Shown piece after piece: positions 40,581-53,847 of a DNA stretch of 64,000 nt. The stretch's first letter is position 1. Every line of letters begins with the position of its first letter. The notes beneath the pieces are model-generated. The model ran no database searches, was not told the DNA's origin, and saw nothing but the letters and a program-made list of their open reading frames with translations. Source of the DNA: Eledone cirrhosa (taxonomy: Eukaryota). The translations under genes and the position numbers were made by a program. Location: assembly GCA_964016885.1 (NCBI GenBank), contig OZ024741.1, positions 65,472,001-65,536,000 on the forward strand, given 5' to 3'.

Positions 40581-41589
40581 GTGTGCTTTAATTTGATAAT
40601 GAAAACACAAGGAAGGGAGAAGAGAGGAGGTAGACTCTAAACCCTTGTCTAAACAGGCAGTATATCCCAGCTGCACCTCAGGAACAAAATAGTGTAAATT
40701 TTACTGCAGAGAATGGCCAGTTATTTCACTTGACAGGGCTCCTTTCTCAAGTAGAATGTATACCTCCCAACTTTGTGAAGGAAAATGGCCATCTGGGGAT
40801 TGAGGATATCAGAAGTTTTGATAGCAACCAGTACAAAAATTGAGCAGTCAGTCAAGTACTTGGTATTTGAATATTTTTCTTTCCTCTGCATTAAGGATGG
40901 CAGTGCCTGCTTTTGTGGACAAAGCAACAAGACTGGAAGCAGAGAATATGTTGCAATATGTGACATTCCAGATCAGAGATTTACCTCCCTTGAACAGGAA
41001 GAGTTATCATGTCTGGGTGCTTACCAACCCCGAGGCTGATGGGCTACAATTGTGATGAGAAATCAGCTGTGTCAAAGTATCACAGTGACAGTCTGCTGAT
41101 GGCCAATGTGCAGATTGACTTATTATTACTTATCTGGTCAAGATTCATTCAATGTCCTACTCAAATGTAATGGACTGCTTAGAATAAAGGAAAATAATCA
41201 ATGATTTGATCCATCAAAGAAACATCTGCATTTTTCTTCAATCTGTTAGAAATAGCAGTCAAATCTCCATCAAGTCACACCTTGCCATGGGCCCTTAATT
41301 CCTGGTTGAGTTGTAGGGGTGTCATCATTACATATGGCATATCTTGGGCACTTTAAACTTGGCAGAGCCTATTCCTTTCCAGGTTTGAACACAGCTAATT
41401 TTTTCCAAAGAGAGAGGGAGTAAGAGAGTATAGAGAAAGAATTGTCCCCAGTACTGAACTGGTACTTTATTTATCGATCTTGAAAGGATGAAAGGCAAAA
41501 TTGACCTTGGTTGTATTTGAACTCTGAATGCAGAGTACCAGAAGGAATACTGTGAAGTATTTCATGTGATATTCTAATGACTGCTGTGT

Positions 41590-42740
41590 CATGTACAGAG
41601 ATGCAGTCAGTAAAGTGAGAATAAACAATGAGTCTAGTGAAGAATTTGGTGTACAAGTTGGTGTTCACCAAGGCTCGGATATCAGCCCACCCCTGTTCAT
41701 TATATTCCTCCAAGCCATAACAGCAGAGTTTATGACCAACTGTCCATGGGAATTCCTGTATGCTGATGAACTAGAATTTATAGCTGAATTTGTGGAAGAT
41801 TTAGAAAAGAAATTTCAGACAAGGAAACCATACTTGGAATCAAAAGACCTCAACAATGACTAAACACTTGTAGGAAAACAGACAGGATTCTGCTTCTATC
41901 AGAGAAATAGCTGTGCTCTATAAGCAGAAAATTAGTAAAGAGAAACTCCATACAGTGTACATAACATAATTTATGGGTGCAGAAGAGGTGCAGTGATATC
42001 ACAGGCAGGCTAACAGAGGAAAGAAATGTATGTAGATAACTGTAAAAACACCAGTGAAATATACTCTCTCCAATCTGAACAAAGGCTTCATAGAAGTATT
42101 TCATAGATTCTATTACATAGGAGACTTAATTGAAAGGTGGGGCCTGTTCTGATAGCATAGTAACCAGAATATTAATACAATGGAAAAAGTTCAGGGAGCT
42201 ACTACCTTTGCTGGTAATGAAGGCATTCTTTCTCTGTATAAAGAAAAGATTGTATGATGATTATGTACAAAGCACAATACTATATAGCATTGTAAATATT
42301 GAATGCAGAAGATGTCTGAAGGCTGGAGAAAAATATAATTGCTCATACTCTATTCAATATATAATTGTTTCTACTTTTGGCACAAGCCCATCAATTACCC
42401 AGTACATTACTGGTACTTTATTTTATCGACCCCATAAGGATGAAAGGCAAAGTTAACCTCATGTTATTGTGCATGAAAAAGGAATCATAGATAATTTGAA
42501 AGAAAAACTGGGTAGATGACGAATAAGATGGAGTGTGTAGGAGAGATAATTGCACTGGTACAAACAATGTGTGTAGATGATCATTAGATGTAGAAGTGCC
42601 AGGCATTCCAGGTGGAAGGAAGCCATAGAAGGGGAAGACCAAGGAAGACATTAGCAGAATTGGTGATGACAAAGAAGAAAGACACTCTACTGGAGAAGAT
42701 TCATCTAACCCATACAAATAAATGATGATGGTGATGATAC
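41590..42740 (+). pseudogene. Old decayed RTE LINE with nested SINE fragment (42362-42460)
   Basis: MYRDAVSKVRINNESSEEFGVQVGVHQGSDISPPLF...FLYADEL; WKKFRELLPLL; many stops; (gat)n tail. Confidence 0.85.
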
Positions 42741-42744
42741 TTCA

Positions 42745-43150
42745 ACATCATCATTGTTTAATGTCCATTTTTCCACACGAACGTAGGTTAGATGAGCTGT
42801 CCTGTTGTGCGACAAGCCAGGTTAGATGACTGTGTCTTGCTTATACATAACTGGTTCTGGCTTGGTTTTTACAGCTGGATGCCATTCCTAATGCCAACCA
42901 CATTTACAGTGCATACTGGGTTCTTTTTGTTATGACACCTACACAACCACTTTACAGTGAGGACTGCGTGCTTTTGTTGACACCTAAACGACTATGTTAC
43001 AGTATGTACTGGGTGCTTTCTGTTGTAACACCTACACGACCGCTTTACAGTGTTGACTAGGTGCTTTTTGTCGTGACACCTACATGAGCACTTTGCAGTA
43101 TGTACTGGGTGCTTTTTGTCATGACACCAATATGACCACTTTGCAGTATA
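42745..43150 (-). mobile_element. RTE 3'UTR with ~42-bp subrepeat expanded to about 6 units
   Basis: tttacagtg...ctgggtgcttttt...gacacctaca...accac repeated; similar expansion at 45140-45465. Confidence 0.75.
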
Positions 43151-43919
43151 TATCTATGATGTGGTGCGCTCTAGCATGTAACATAATACACATGTGTGTG
43201 CCTGTCTGTCTGTATGTCTGTATATCCATCAACCTATCCATTTGTACATCTATCATATATTAATAATGTATATACATGTGTGTATATATTTGATAGATAT
43301 GGGGTTCATTACCTGGTAGGTGCGTCTGTCCCCATTTTTCCATCTCTAAGGGTATTTTACCCAATATTCTCAGTTATTGTATAGAGTGATCACAAATTAT
43401 TAGTCATTTTCTGTGCTTGGGACGTTCACATTTTCAGTTTCCACACACACACACACATACACACACACACATACACACATACACATACACACACACACAT
43501 ACATATACATACAAACCAAAAATAAAGAATATAAAAAGGAAAACAACAAAAGACAGCAATAAACTAAGATAAATGAGACCCTCCTTACCTACACTAACCT
43601 ATAACAGAAGACATTTCGGTAAATGACCTACAGACATTGTAAATGAAATGGTATGGAACAATCTAGAAACTTTAAATTTCCGTAGTATTCTATTCCAGCC
43701 AAAACCTAAATACTTTCCTTTGTATATCCTCATAGCCTCAACCTCTTTTATTGATTATATATATGTATATATGTGTGTATATATATGTGGATATATATAT
43801 ATGTATATGTGTGTGTGTATATATGTATACATATATATCATATATATATATAACCCATGCTAGCGTGGAAGATAGACGTTAAACGATGATGAGGATGATG
43901 ATATATATATGTATGTATA

Positions 43920-43976
<57 letters not shown>

Positions 43977-44158
43977 TAATTATTTTAAATATCTTTTGGC
44001 ATGTAGTATGGGTGGGCGGCAGGGAGAGGGGTAGTATTTTGTTGATTTTTGCTTTGTTTTGTTTTTGAATAGATTATCATTTATTTACTTATCTCTTCAT
44101 TTATTTATTATTTATTGAAATTATATTTATTATAATCTTCATTCTGAGCCAAATATGG

Positions 44159-44209
<51 letters not shown>

Positions 44210-44302
44210 ATATATATTATTACATGGATGATTAAGAAGTTTGATTTGCAATCATGAGTGTAACCCTTGTGTGTAGCAACCCCCTCTCTCTTTCTCTCTC
44301 TT

Positions 44303-45118
<816 letters not shown>

Positions 45119-45569
45119 TATATATATAAATATATATCATCATCATTTAATGTCCATTTTCCATGCTAGCATGGGTTAGATGGGTTTGTCTCATTAGAGG
45201 CTAGTTAGGTCAGGTGACTGTGTCTTGCTCATATAGAGCTGTTTCTGGCTAGGAATCCACAGCTGCATGTCCTCTCTAATGCCAATCACATTTACAATGT
45301 GTACTGGGTGCTTTTTTGTTATGACTCCTACATGACCACTTTACAGTGTGTACTGGGTGCTTTTTTGTTATGACTCCTACATGACCACTTTACAGTGTGT
45401 ACTGGGTGCTTTTTTGTTATGACTCCTACATGACCACTTTACAGTGTGTACTGGGTGCTTTTTGTTATGTGAGAGTACAATATGTGTGTGTGTGTTTGTG
45501 TGTGTATATGTATATGTGAGTGTATAATGTGAGTGTATGCGTGTGTATTTTATATATGTAAGTTTACAA

Positions 45570-46832
45570 TACATGTGTGTGTGTGTGTGTGTGTGTGAGT
45601 GTATAATATGTGTGTGTGTGTATAATATGTGTGTGTACAATACATGTGTGTGTGTGAGTGTATAATATGTGTGTGTACAATACATGTGTGTGTGTGTGTG
45701 TGAGTGTATAATATGTGTGTGTACAATACATGTGTGTGTGTGTGAGTGTATAATATGTGTGTGTACAATACATGTGCGTGTGTGTGAGTGTATAATATGT
45801 GTGTGTACAATACATGTGTGTGTGTGTGAGTGTATAATATGTGTGTGTACAATACATGTGTGCGTGTGTGTGTGAGTGTATAATATGTGTGTGTACAATA
45901 CATGTGTGTGTGTGTGAGTGTATAATATGTGTGTGTACAATACATGTGTGTGTGTGTGAGTGTATAATATGTGTGTGTACAATACATGTGTGTGTGTGTG
46001 AGTGTATAATATGTGTGTGTACAATACATGTGCGTGTATAATATGTGTGTGTACAATACATGTGTGTGTGTGTGAGTGTATAATATGTGTGTGTACAATA
46101 CATGTGTGTGTGTGTGTGTGAGTGTATAATATGTGTGTGTACAATACATGTGTGTGTGTGTGTGTGAGTGTATAATATGTGTGTGTACAATACATGTGCG
46201 TGTGTGTGAGTGTATAATATGTGTGTGTACAATACATGTGTGTGTGTGTGAGTGTATAATATGTGTGTGTACAATACATGTGCATGTGTGTGAGTGTATA
46301 TGTGTGTGTACAATACATGTGTGTGTGTGTGAGTGTATAATATGTGTGTGTACAATACATGTGCGTGTGTGTGAGTGTATAATATGTGTGTGTACAATAC
46401 ATGTGTGTGTGTGTGAGTGTATAATATGTGTGTGTACAATACATGTGCGTGTGTGTGAGTGTATAATATGTGTGTGTACAATACATGTGTGTGTGTGTGA
46501 GTGTATAATATGTGTGTGTACAATACATGTGTGTGTGTGTGTGAGTGTATAATATGTGTGTGTACAATACATGTGTGTGTGTGTGAGTGTATAATATGTG
46601 TGTGTACAATACATGTGTGTGTGTGTGAGTGTATAATATGTGTGTGTACAATACATGTGTGTGTGTGTGAGTGTATAATATGTGTGTGTACAATACATGT
46701 GCGTGTGTGTGAGTGTATAATATGTGTGTGTACAATACATGTGCGTGTGTGTGAGTGTATAATATGTGTGTGTACAATACATGTGCGTGTGTGTGAGTGT
46801 ATAATATGTGTGTGTACAATACATGTGCGTGT
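45570..46832. repeat. ~42-bp minisatellite, about 30 units
   Basis: Unit gagtgtataatatgtgtgtgtacaatacat(gt)n. Confidence 0.95.
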
Positions 46833-47384
46833 GCCATCATAAATGTGTCAAGGAAAAGGTTGGTTTGAAGATAACATGTTTCTAGAACTCATTACTTAAA
46901 TGTACTCTACTCCTACTTGGCAGCCACTTGTAATCAAGTATGACTTGGTGTTGGATTTTTTCTTAAATTATTATACATAGTTAAACAAGAAAAAATAAAA
47001 CCCCCATCAATGATGCTTTGCTCTTTCATGAGACTGCAGACCCAAAACACTGATAGTATCACAGCTGCAAATATTACAGAATACAGTTAATGAATCTAAT
47101 ATGACATTTACAACCAGCATCCAAATAGATTTTGAAACCCTCTAAAGATGCCAAGGCAAAAAACAGGACAGTTGCATAGTAAAGCTAGAACTTTATTCTA
47201 TGTAAAAATATATCATATAAATACAATTTAATAGAAAAAGAAAAAAGAAATTTTAGATTGAGAAGAAAGAATGGAATGTAAAATAAGAAAATATGATAGA
47301 AAAAATGGAAAAGGAAGGGAATAGCAAGGGCTCTAGTGTCACAGAAGAACGAGGAGGGGGAGGGTGGCCTAGGGCATAGTGGTA

Positions 47385-47575
47385 ATGGGGCTGTGCCCCG
47401 CGGACAAGACTGCAAAAGTATTCCCACAGACAATGGCCAGCAACATCCGCTGCAGCAGTCACTCCACCTCACGGGGCTCCTTCCTCAGACAGGCCGTCAA
47501 CGTTCTCATCTTGGTTAAAAAGTTCACTTTGCACTCACGTGGCCCTTTGTTCACGTCTATTGTGCAACATCAGGG
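47385..47575 (+). CDS. Candidate first coding exon of an unidentified gene
   Basis: GC-richer unique sequence; in-frame TAG at 47370 before the ATG; MGLCPADKTAKVFPQTMASNIRCSSHSTSRGSFLRQAVNVLILVKKFTLHSRGPLFTSIVQHQG; consensus donor GG|GTAAGT, phase 2. Confidence 0.55.
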
Positions 47576-47736
47576 GTAAGTTAGTACTTAGTACCAGAGC
47601 CTGAGGTCAACACAAGTCTTGTGAGTAAAATAGAGTCTGAACTTTTATATTGCTATCATCAACAGAACATTCTATTAACCAGTTTTAAGCCATTAGTTGA
47701 TAGAATGTCATCATCATCACTTTCATCATCATCGTC

Positions 47737-47772
<36 letters not shown>

Positions 47773-48155
47773 GTCATCATCATCACCATTATCACCATCA
47801 TCATCATCGCCATCATCATCACCACCACCACCACCATCATTACAATTTAACATATGTTTTCCCTGCTAGCAAGGGTTGAATGGGTTGTCAACAGACCAGA
47901 TTGGTACTCAAGTGATCTTACTGACCCCTTGGATGAACCATGGGCGTGCACCTTATGAGGGTTTGGCTGAATTATTCATAGGCTGACTATGAAGGATTGA
48001 TGATAGAGGTGTGAAATCTTGCATGCATTAATTTCAACTCTTGTTACTAATAACTTCATTACTTTATTCCAGAGACTATGTTGAAAAATAAATATACATA
48101 CATACATACATACATACATAATACATATATATATATATGTATGTATGTATATGTG

Positions 48156-48199
<44 letters not shown>

Positions 48200-48812
48200 A
48201 ATATATGTACATATAGATAGATAAATAAACATGAAGCAAGTGAAAAAAATAATAAAACCAGCAAACATCATCATCATCATCATTTTACGTCCGCTTTTCC
48301 CTGCTTGCAAGGGTGGGACGGGAACTGATTCTGGCTTGATTTCTACAGCTGGATGCCTTTCCTAACACCAACCTCATTTACAGTGAGTGCTGGGTGCTTT
48401 TTTGCCGTGGCACCTCCACGACCACTTTGCAGTGGAATGATATGGACCCCAGTCCCTATCATCTCATTTCTACAGCTGAGTAAACTGGAGCAATGTGAAA
48501 TAAAGTGTCTTGCTCAAGGAAACAACACATCATCCGGTCTGAGAATTGAACTCACAACCTTTCGATTGCAAGGCCAATGCTCTAACCACTAAGCCAATAT
48601 ATTTTTTTAAAAATGGACAGAAATATATAAATATATAAATGAAGGAAAAACAACAGCATAATTTATCAGATTATCTATGTAAATGTTAAGCTAACTAATA
48701 ACAATTAATGTTAATGGACAACTGATGATACAGCATCTAATTGAGTAATTGTAGATGGCTTCTTTGCTGTAAATATGTATATGAATTAATTTTTCATGAT
48801 ATATACTAGTTG

Positions 48813-48870
<58 letters not shown>

Positions 48871-49041
48871 GTAGAAGGTGAGTAATATTGTAGAACAATA
48901 AAACTTTGCATATATCAGATAAGTAGCACTCAACAGTTGGTAGAACAGGAGTATATATAATAAAGAAGAAAGTAAAAGATGGTTAAAAGACTTAGCACTT
49001 TCCTGTAAACAAGTGCTATTATGCCTCATATCATGTTACCT

Positions 49042-49111
49042 TATTTTATCTGATGAGCACACAATTTTTGTCCCACGATGATTTTGTATTCGAAATGCGC
49101 ATAATAAAATA
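49042..49111 (+). ncRNA. Type I hammerhead ribozyme motif (Penelope-type)
   Basis: Stem I tattttat/ataaaata, CTGATGA, imperfect stem II gcacacaa/ttgtattc, GAAA, palindromic stem III ATGCGCAT, AUA site. Confidence 0.75.
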
Positions 49112-49230
49112 TATGGAACTCTTTTAACCATCTTTTAATTTCTTCTTTATTATATACATATATATATAATTTAAAAAAATATATATATATATAAATCATA
49201 TATATATATATAAATATATATATATATATC

Positions 49231-49263
<33 letters not shown>

Positions 49264-49432
49264 AATATATATTAGAATTGGAGCTCTGAAATAGCAATAT
49301 ATATATGGATGTATATATAATGTATTTTGCAATACACTTTATGCTTAATTAAAAGCATTTTGAAGACCGTATGCTATTGTTTTAGAGTAGTGACAAATTC
49401 ACTTACTTTAATCTCAGCAAACAGGGGAGATA

Positions 49433-49478
49433 AGCCGACAAGGGCCTTGTTTCGCTTTTGTTGAAGCTTATCAAGGCT
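49433..49478 (-). ncRNA. Type I hammerhead, U3-A8 variant
   Basis: agcc-TTGATAA-gctt caacaa aagc-GAAA-caaggccctt-GTC-ggct. Confidence 0.75.
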
Positions 49479-49552
49479 AACTACCCCTCCTGTCTACTGA
49501 GATTACTGATGTTATATTCTTATAGAATTCTAGTAAATAAGGAGGGGTAGTT

Positions 49553-49598
49553 AGCCTTGATAAGCTTCAACAAAAGCGAAACAAGACCCTTGTCGGCT
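49553..49598 (+). ncRNA. Type I hammerhead, U3-A8 variant
   Basis: agcc-TTGATAA-gctt caacaa aagc-GAAA-caagaccctt-GTC-ggct; stem I extends via agggg/cccct. Confidence 0.75.
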
Positions 49599-49822
49599 TA
49601 TCTCCCCTGTTTGCTGAGATTAAAGTAAGTGAATTTGTCACTACTCTAAAACAATAGCATACGGTCTTCAAAATGCTTTTAATTAAGCATAAAGTGTATT
49701 GCAAAATACATTATATATACATCCATATATATATATAAATATATATATATGAGTTTCAGAAGATCCCGTTAAGGGTGAAAGCAGCGATTCTTTGCTTAAA
49801 CTTTAATCTGTTACTTTAATAA

Positions 49823-49874
<52 letters not shown>

Positions 49875-50270
49875 AAATGGGAAAGAACCCCTTCGGTCAC
49901 AAGCCTGGGCAAGATATTTTTGTGGGAGACAAGCAGTCGCTTGTGCATACCAGTCTCCCCTCTCCACTTGTTTCTACAGCTGAGTGAACTGGAGTGTGTG
50001 TATATATATATATATAGTTGCAAGAGATGTCAACATGAATGGACCTGTTATTTTTATCTAAAGACATTTTTTTCAAATTCCAACCCGCCCATCCCCTCAA
50101 TCTATCTTATTTCTCATTCTTTCTTCTGCTGAAGGACTAGCGTCTGAAACATTAAGACTCTCTTCCTGCTATATCAAGCGTTAACCTAATATATCCTTTC
50201 CATATACTGTATTGATTGTGTTGTTATTTCTGTTTACCTTTTACATATATATATATATATATATATATAT

Positions 50271-51587
50271 ACGATATTAAATAAATGGAAACTATATTTA
50301 TAAAACCATATTTATTTCATTATATATATTTCAGGGATATCATATTAAAAATATGTTATGCCTTCTTCAGACAAAATACAATATAAACAGTCTTATAAAT
50401 AGATAGATTCGACATACCTTTCAACTTCGACTTCTATTTGAAAAGTTGATTTGGTAGTGAAAAAATATTAGGGACAGTTATAAAAAGAAAGAAAGAAAAA
50501 CGAAGAAAAAGGAAGAAAAAGAAGAAATGCATGCAACTAAATAGAGAGAGATAGATATAGAGAGATAGATATAGAGAAGAAATTCATGTAAAGAAACAGA
50601 GAGAGATATATAGAGAGAGGAAAAAAACACAGAGGGAGATAGATAGAGAGAGAGAGAGAGAAGAGAGGAGAGAGAGAGAGAAAAAATATAGAGAGATAGA
50701 TATAGATAGAGATAGAGAGAAAGAAACTAGGTAGTTGGGCACCAGTTGAATGACGTATCAATGATATATTTATTTATTTATTTATTTAGCTCTAGTATTA
50801 ATGTAGAGAGAGATATATGTGGTTAAGAGAGAAAACAGCCGTTACATAGAGAGAAAAGAAAAATATCCAGACAAAAACGAGGCAGAATTAAAACACTATG
50901 TTTCATCAATGTAAAAAATATTTCATCAATGTAAAAAATATCAATTCGTATAAAACAGGCATTATAATGTAAATATCAGTATTCATGAATGAGACACGTA
51001 TCAATAATGTGTGAAAAATAATGATCATATGTCTAGTTTAAATTCCTAGGTTTATATTAGAGTTGAGATAAAATAGAAGGTTATCCCAGATTTTATACTA
51101 TATACATCCATGTGAATTTATGTGATCAGCTCTGCAAATTCCTATCTTACACGAAAACATTCTCATTGTGCTATAAAAATTTAAGTATACATATATGTGT
51201 ACATACACACAAATATATATAGAGTCTACATTAATTTTAACAATACTATACATGTCTTTACTCTACATGATTATCGTTCAAGCACAAATAGAGAACAGAT
51301 ATCAATATATCAATAAAAATATCAGAAACAAAAAGTAAATAAAATGAAAGGTATGTCGAATCTATCTATTTATAAGACTGTTTATATTGTATTTTGTCTG
51401 AAGAAGGCATAACATATTTTTAATATGATATCCCTGAAATATATATAATGAAATAAATATGGTTTTATAAATATAGTTTCCATTTATTTAATATCGTAAA
51501 TATACTCCAAATACTTGTTGAGTGCTTTTATATCAGTTATAAATATTTACTCGTTGTTAACCCAACAATTTAAATAAAACTTTGCAT
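50271..51587 (+). mobile_element. (TA)n-flanked Penelope-derived element with 153-bp inverted repeats
   Basis: 50271-50423 is the reverse complement of 51345-51497; HHR inside the repeat; ttgttgagtgct pLTR-end motif follows. Confidence 0.8.
51391..51454 (+). ncRNA. Type I hammerhead ribozyme motif
   Basis: Stem I attttgt/atgaaat, CTGAAGA, stem II agg...cct with inner catat/atatg, GAAA, TA-palindromic stem III, AUA site; mirror copy on minus strand at about 50314-50377. Confidence 0.6.
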
Positions 51588-51611
51588 ATATATATATATA
51601 TATATATATAT

Positions 51612-51943
51612 TGGTAGAAATCCGTAGATCAAGGAAAACAGTGCTCGGCCTGTTGGAAGAGAGCTTATTTAGTGTAAACAGAGTTTCATACACTTAACAT
51701 GTATTTGCTACAAATGGTTTGGGGGTCCATTCATGGCAACCACTGTATAATGGAGGAAGCATTTTAAACTGACCCTTCATTCAGAGTACTCGATACTTGG
51801 TATAGTAGAGTATGGCTATATCATAAAGAGTCAGGACCCTGATGGCCAAGCCCTTGATGCCTCAACAACCAGTTCCAAACTCTGGAATTGGTTGTTGGGA
51901 GGGCGGGGGCTCCGCCGTAGGGGTTCTGACTCTTTATGATATA
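51612..51943 (-). mobile_element. pLTR-end element with terminal hairpin (51817-51943)
   Basis: Shares cagagtactc(a/g)atactt...tagtagagt with 29098-29127 and the same fold-back architecture; TA-flanked. Confidence 0.65.
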
Positions 51944-52412
51944 TATATATATATATATAAACATAAGTTGTTGTTTGATGAATAATGTGTATATGTGTTG
52001 TTTGATTTATCTAACTGATGCTGTAGAGATTGTGTGTGTATACACTGTTCGTGCTATGGTATTGTTTAATCCCAGCTCAGCTCTGATATCAAGCAAAGAA
52101 ATTCCAAGTTAGGCCATCCTGGGGTGGTTTTGGGGTGTGTGTATATAGGGATGGGTTGTTGTTATTTTTTTCTATATGCAGAATGTCTACAGAACGATGT
52201 AATGCAAACTTTCTGCTTTATTAAGATAGTTGGGAGATTTGACTGTTATTTTTAGGCCATTGAGTGAGCATCTAGGAGTTCAATCATTGGCACATTGGGG
52301 GGATGGATATGTGTATAGATTGACAATATGTTGATAGTATATTTCAGAATGATAGCATACAGGTATGTTTCAGAGTGTTGCTGTGTTATTGAAATCACAA
52401 GATTTCTTTTTC

Positions 52413-52448
<36 letters not shown>

Positions 52449-53650
52449 GGGTATTCTGGAAAGGTTAACTTATTTAAGCAGTGCTGAAGCTATAAATTAC
52501 ATCATGTTTATGAAACAGCTGCAATTAACAAGCTGCAGCCTATTAGCAGTTGCATTTATAGACATATAGACACACATAAGCCAACATATATATTTTCAAA
52601 CATATATGTTGAATATACATAAAATACAGTGACACATACACACATGAACACATACTCACATACAAATTTAAGTATACAGACACACACAACCACACACATA
52701 TACCTCTGTCTTTTTATCTGTCTATCAATCTGGCTATTTGTCTGTCTGTCTGTACTCACTTTTGCATATAAAACATATAGTCACATGCATGGTCATGTGA
52801 TTAATAAGTTTGCTTTGCAACCATATCATTCCGGGTTTGATCGCATTGGGAGGGAAACCTATTGTTCAAAGCTTTCATGGAAGCTATGATAGCTTCATGG
52901 AATAACTAAGAAATGATGTGTGTCTTGCCACCATTGACTTCAAAGGTCCAAGAACAGTGTAAATCCCACTACCCTGTCTTATTTCATTTGGAAGCGTAGA
53001 GACCAAGGAGGACATGACTTAACCACTATAGTAATATATCTGGTACACACGTGGTGCATTGTCCATAGCAGCCCTTGTGTTTCATCAAATTACATTACTG
53101 CAGGCTCATCCTGCCTGAGATATTGCATATCATAATACAGCTAATGGTATCTATCAACTGAAAATCTGTAAGGATCTCTAATAGCTTTCAAAGACCAACT
53201 GAATTGTAAAATACTGTCAGGGAAAACAAAATCAAAGGGTTAATTCTCTTAGTCAAGGAAGTTAAAGAAACTAAGTTGCTTCCCCTACATCCTGGTAGTG
53301 CCTTCACAATTGCTTTGCAGTAATTCTTTTAATAGAAACTAAGGCACTATAAAGAAAAATGATATTCTTCAGTTTTTTATAAATAAACAATACTTTACTA
53401 TATTATAAACTGGTATTGAGTTCTATATGTATGTAAATTCATCAGAGAAAAGGATACATTTACTTGAAACCTGCAGTGTTTGTAGTTTTTGACTACATTG
53501 ACCTCAGCGGGATTTGAATTCAAAGCCCCACAGAAAGCTGGAACAGATACTATACAGCATTATTCTATTCAACACCCTGACAACTCTGCTAAATCATTCA
53601 TTTTATACGTAGATATATTTAAAATAATATATTTTCATCATCATCATCTA

Positions 53651-53847
53651 TGAGGGTTGGCTGAAAAGTTCACAGGTTGACTATGAAGGAGTAATGTTTG
53701 GGCTGTAAAATCTTGCATGCATTAATGTCAACTCTTCTTATTAATAACTGCATTGTTTCTTTCCAGAGACTATGTTGAAAAATAAACCTCATTTGCTCAT
53801 TCCATGAGAGTATCTTGGTCAGCTGATAAACTTTCAGCTGACCCTCA
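53651..53847. mobile_element. ~200-bp mariner-type MITE with TA TSD
   Basis: ta|tgagggttggctgaaaagtt ... aactttcagctgaccctca|ta; partial copy at 47956-48092. Confidence 0.75.

Larger units (their letters stand above)
49297..49734. repeat. Near-perfect 195-bp inverted repeat (Penelope pLTR pair)
   Basis: 49297-49491 is the reverse complement of 49540-49734 with one mismatch seen; 48-bp spacer; TA-flanked. Confidence 0.92.

Noticed and set aside
45377-46842. Long ORFs of 319-487 aa
   Set aside because: Translations of the 42-bp minisatellite; no protein-like content
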